From Tubiluchus corallicola (Eukaryota > Animalia > Priapulida), in assembly GCA_030141605.1 (NCBI GenBank), contig JAQGDQ010000006.1, positions 1,178,001-1,242,000 of the forward strand: DNA of 64,000 bases, in the 5' to 3' direction. The notes under the pieces are model-generated. The model did not search any database. It saw only the letters and a program-made list of their open reading frames with translations, and was not told the origin of the DNA. Below, one piece after another: positions 59,378 through 64,000 of this stretch (position 1 is the stretch's first letter; every line of letters begins with the position of its first letter). A program made the position numbers and the translations under genes.

Positions 59378-62059
59378 ATGTTGCCAACTCCAAGGTTTTC
59401 ACATCTGTCTCATTTGGATTATGAGCATGTGTATGAGCCAGCTGAAGATACTTTTCTACTCATAGATGCCTTGGAAAAAGATGCTTCCACAATCAGAAAT
59501 CAAAGGTAAAATGAGATGTGTAAAAAATTATTTGTACTTTTTGGCAGTGCTGGGTGGTAAGAAATCATAAGTTTCTAGCACCATGTCACTGTTTCAAAAG
59601 CAGATAATGTAACGTTTGCCACAACCCAATAACATAACTTTGTAATCACTTTCATTATTTAATTTTGTCGAATGCAGTCACTCGAAAAGCATGGGTTTAC
59701 ATAAGTTTAAAGTATGGCTTGAATAGAACTATCTAGAATAACCAGTTCTAAATGAGTCATTCTACAGTAAAAAGTGTTCAGCATTGTTAAAACAGTATAA
59801 TTATATAACTGCCTCTTCTAATAATGTTCAACATTAACAAATTTTAATACTCATTACTCTTTAATGGTTACTGTGTTTCTATTTAAGTTGATATGATAAT
59901 TTTGTATTTCACTAAAGCTTTAGTGCTCGCCGATTTAAATACTGAAATAGTGCTCACTGTTTCAGAGAGCAAGGAAAACAGGATCATTTTTAAATAACTG
60001 GTCAAATGGCAGTCAATTTTGCCTTATGGTACAAAATATCTATATTACTAAACCTTTTATATAGCAAAAAAAAATCGATAGGGTTTTTCATACATTAAAT
60101 ATTAGATCTATTAAAAATTTGGTTTAAGCGTTAGATTTCCAATCTTACTGGAAATCGCTGACACAACTTTTCATTGCCACTTTTTGCAGTGAATTCATGA
60201 CACCTGCCGCTTATTGAATTACACATTGATTTGCCACATTGATCAGTTGATAGAAAGGTAGAACAAAAACTGGTCAGTTGAAAGTTCATTTCACTGATAA
60301 TACAGATAATGGAATCTGTTTTGTCAGTTTTACTAGCATTATCTTATTTGTAACTGTACTTTAATTTACAAAAATTACTTATATTTACTTGATGTTTATT
60401 TTGTAGGCCTCATCTGTGTGTTGAAATTGGTAGTGGTTCTGGATTGGTGATCACATTCTTAGCTTTACTGTTAGAAAGGAAAGCCTATTTTATGTAAGAA
60501 TGAAGTCTCTTGAGTTTGTATGTAAGAGTAATAAAATTCTATATTGGTGTTTATTTGTGGCTACATTGTAGAAGACCAGAAAATTTTTGTTTAATGTGTT
60601 GCAAGTATTGTACAAATTTTTCATTTTTTTTTACTTGCCAATGATTGCTTGTATAAATAGCAAAACATTAAAAAAGAAGTACAGTTTAACACCATTATAG
60701 CAAACATGGTTTGTTGGATACACACCAGTAATTCGAACTCACAAAAAAAGAACAAACTTTCGATATTTATTTAACTAGTCTAATAGCTTTGAATGCAGCG
60801 TACTTGGCTATTGAGTATTGAGGATTTTTTGTTGGGCCCTTGTTTGAGGAGTTTTTATTGCATACCTTTGCCAGCCTTTTGCAAATTAATTTAGAGTTAA
60901 ATTAACCCGTTTTCTTTCTGCTCCAACAAGTTGTTGGGATGCATCATGCGGTGTTACTACATGTCCTGTTGAAAGGTTATTTTGTCTGCTAGCTGTATAA
61001 CAACAATAAGAAACTCGGTGGCTTGTCAGCGAGCTGGTTTACGTATTCACACTGGCAGTTCATTCCTAAGATGTTTCATCAAGTGATGAACCCTATTGCA
61101 AAAACTCTTTATACAAGGGGCAAGCAAAAATTTTGTGCAGACAAAATTGACTATCCTTTTTAATTCTCATTGACTTTACTGAACACATCACGTAAATTTA
61201 CAACAGACTGTGTACACTCAGTTTTATATGAAACATTAATTAATTTTGGTTTATTGAGGTTATATAAAATTCTTTTCACTGAATTTGAATGTAGTGCAAG
61301 GTAGGTGATAACATCTTCTAAAAGTACTTCACATCCTCTATGAAGGCACACATTGAACGTTGTTTATACAATTTTATTAATTGCTTGTCCTTCTAGTAGT
61401 CATCTACATATTATTTGTCTTATTCTATTTCTGTTATATGCTTATGGAGTCCCTAGCAGGTTCGCTATAACGATGTTATACTACGATTTAAATTTGCTTA
61501 ACCTACAGTTGCAGATTTAGTAACTTCTGTAAATTACTACACCCAGGCTGCAACTTACAATTTTTGTCAAACATAGTGTCACTTTTTGTGATATCACTGC
61601 AGAACTGTCAGTTAAGATATTGGATACTGGAGCATATTGGCTAGCTTTTAAAGCTTGGTAGCTGCTAAACTTGCATTGCCTAATCTTGTATTCTTACTTT
61701 GGCATCTTGTAAAAGTGTTTTTCATCTAGCTGCATTCAGTTTCATTGCTACCTTATATATACCTGAACAGTTAGCAGGCTTGTGTGCCTATCTTTTCACT
61801 TATTAAATGTCACTGTTTTCAGAACTGTTCCTTCTGAATGCTTACAAATAGCTGCCAATACTATATTGACAAGCATTATTTTATGTTTAAAACTGACTTG
61901 CATGTAACCCTATTTATGACTGTAATAGTTTGAATTTGTAATTGCAGTTTTAAAATTACCTTTTTCAGATGTACCGATATTAATGAAAAGGCTTCTAAAG
62001 TGAGCTTGCTGACAGGAGCCGAAAATGGGATTCATTTAGAGCCTGTTGTGACTGACTTG
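59378..62059 (+). CDS. N6AMT1: HemK2/N6AMT1 methyltransferase, 5' part; exons 59378-59505, 60407-60493, 61969-62059; continues beyond the window
   Basis: [35 protein letters not shown] motif [17 protein letters not shown], and EPVVTDL; GT-AG joins in frame. The NPPY exon was not found in the window. Confidence 0.93.
60682..61483 (+). mobile_element. pogo/Tigger-like MITE (family B, copy 2) in N6AMT1 intron 2
   Basis: TA-CAGTTTAACACCATTATAGCAAAC ... GTTCGCTATAACGATGTTATACT; shares blocks such as AAAAAAAGAACAAACTTT, TAATAGCTTTGAAT-CAGCGTACTTG and AAGTACTTCAC-TCCTCTATGAAG with copy 1. Confidence 0.75.
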
Positions 62060-62941
62060 GTAACTGATATATCAATTTTTTTATCTAGGTTGAATATAAG
62101 TTAAAAACAATCAGTTTAAACTTTTTGTTGAATGTTTGTGGTTACTTTTTTGGCATTTATCAGTATACATCAAAAGTTTGGGGGTAAATACTGTACTGAG
62201 TTAATTTAAGAAGTCATCAGATTAATTCAATTCAGTGAATTAATTTTATTTTTCTCCACAAAATACAACAATTTCTGTAAATTTATAATAAAAAATTATG
62301 TAACGGAGAAGGGGTAGCAAAGGGACCATACAGTCATCAGTTCAGCTGCTCCTATGATGATAATAACTTGTTGCAACATATTACTTTATTTAGGGTATTT
62401 ACAGTTGATGTTTTGAAAAATAAACCATAAAAATAACAAACAATAAGTCTCTGTATAAAAGTGCAAAACAAAAATGTAGACCTTGGGCAAGAGAAACAAA
62501 ATAATAATCGCGATCAAACTGAAATACAACAAAAACTAAAATAATTTGAATTTTTGATCCACTAATGTAAACAAGCCTCAAACAGAATTCAAAGCTATCA
62601 GACTCCATTAACGTAAGCTTCCTTGTACTTGCGAATTGTTTTTATGTTATGTTGCCTTTCTAAATTAGAATTGAAGTTTAGATAACTCTTGAGTCATGAA
62701 ACTTTGTGTTAAAAATTTCAGTTAGTGTAGTGCCAATTATGCTTTTCCTTGATCATGGTTAGATTTTGATCACTTGTTTTCTAGGTATTAATCCACTAAC
62801 AATCACCAAAAAATCTATGCCAAACACTGTTCACTTTGACATATTGTGTAGCTTTTTGTTGACTGGGCTTACTTGTAACATTATGTGCACATGGTGATTA
62901 CTATAACCTCTACATTTAACTGGTAAATAATAGTCAGGATC

Positions 62942-63504
62942 CAGTGGCGTCGTGCCATAGGCCCCCCCCCCAATTTTTTAGAAAATGTCAAAGAGAGAAA
63001 CATGAGAACTCGACGGCAAATTTATTTCCGACTTTTTGACACACAATAACGGGCCAGCGCTCCATAAATGCGAACAGTATGAGCGTTTCGGTACAGTAGC
63101 CCAATAATATTTTTTATCATTAAAGTTTGTCGCTGAGTTAAATTATTCTGACTGTTAATACCTGCCTGACCAGATGTGTTTACCTGAAAGTCAGGATGTA
63201 GTTAATTTGTTTGCATGTAATCTATTCAGGAGGCAGGCAGGAACAGTTAACAAAGCAGCTCGTTGAGATAGTTCTGCGTCGGATTCCTGACACCTAATAC
63301 ATACTTAATTAAATTTTAATTTAATTTTAATTAAGTTTCCGTTGCTATAGCTTTAAGTTAAATGCCAGTTGGGAATAAATAAATCGTTTTTCTTGCATGC
63401 AAAATACTGTGTTTGAATTCAACATTATACATTTTTAAACAGTTAAGTTCCGCCATTATATACAGTCGGGCCCCCCTAATTTTTTTTGGTGCACGATGCC
63501 CCTG
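62942..63504. mobile_element. hAT-family MITE, 563 bp
   Basis: TIRs CAGTGGCGTCGTGC / GCACGATGCCCCTG; perfect 8-bp TSD TCAGGATC at 62934-62941 and 63505-63512. Confidence 0.92.
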
Positions 63505-64000
63505 TCAGGATCCGGCCCCATTCATCTAAAAATGCTAAATGTCTCACTTCAGCATGTCAGTTAAATTGTGTGGTAAGTGACATTTGCTCTGCTCTAATTA
63601 GCTTTTCCAATTTGTAATCTGTTTTTCCCTATCGAGTTTCAGAGTGCAGTATCATTTCTGGATTCTCTGCTATTTAAGTATAAAGATATAAATAAAGTAT
63701 CTCTCTTTTCAGTTAATATGCACTAGCTAAGCATTTTTTGGGAACTGAATTTTAAATGTAAAATAGATCACCAACTGGTGATTTTGATCTTTTAACCTCA
63801 GGTTGCTGATCACTGAACTCATAAACACCGCGCTTAGATGTGTTTTGTAGTTTGCACACAGGTAAACAAATTTGATTCCTACTAAGCTGAAAATTTGGAG
63901 GCCATTTCTTTAGGCCACAAAATCATTTTATTTTTATAAAATGTTTTGCCAAAAATGCACCAAAATTCTAAACAATAAGCATTCAAATGAAGCCATAATA

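Noticed and set aside
63790-63830. Acceptor at 63801 as N6AMT1 exon 4
   Set aside because: The required frame reads VADH-stop and lacks the NPPY motif.

Overview
AT-rich, intron-rich animal (probably invertebrate) genomic DNA, not a prokaryotic window. Most listed ORFs are noise or single exons. Splicing by eye gives six protein-coding genes: a UBE2QL1-type E2 ubiquitin-conjugating enzyme (-), MED10 (+, 4 exons, head-to-head with the E2), a 17-coding-exon transglutaminase with an intact Cys-His-Asp triad (+), a theta/delta-class glutathione S-transferase (-, 5 exons), an LRGUK-like LRR/guanylate-kinase gene (-, 14 coding exons) and the first three exons of N6AMT1/HEMK2 (+). Introns and intergenic DNA hold decayed LINEs (CR1, L2, RTE-like), hAT remnants, several MITE families and microsatellites. 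I found no new multi-gene system that I can support. The best observations are a U12-type AT-AC intron in LRGUK, loss of the P-loop in its kinase domain, an RFX X-box in the likely LRGUK/N6AMT1 divergent promoter, and the UBE2QL1-MED10 head-to-head pair, which I recall also exists in human. Gene identities rest on remembered family motifs, not on database searches.
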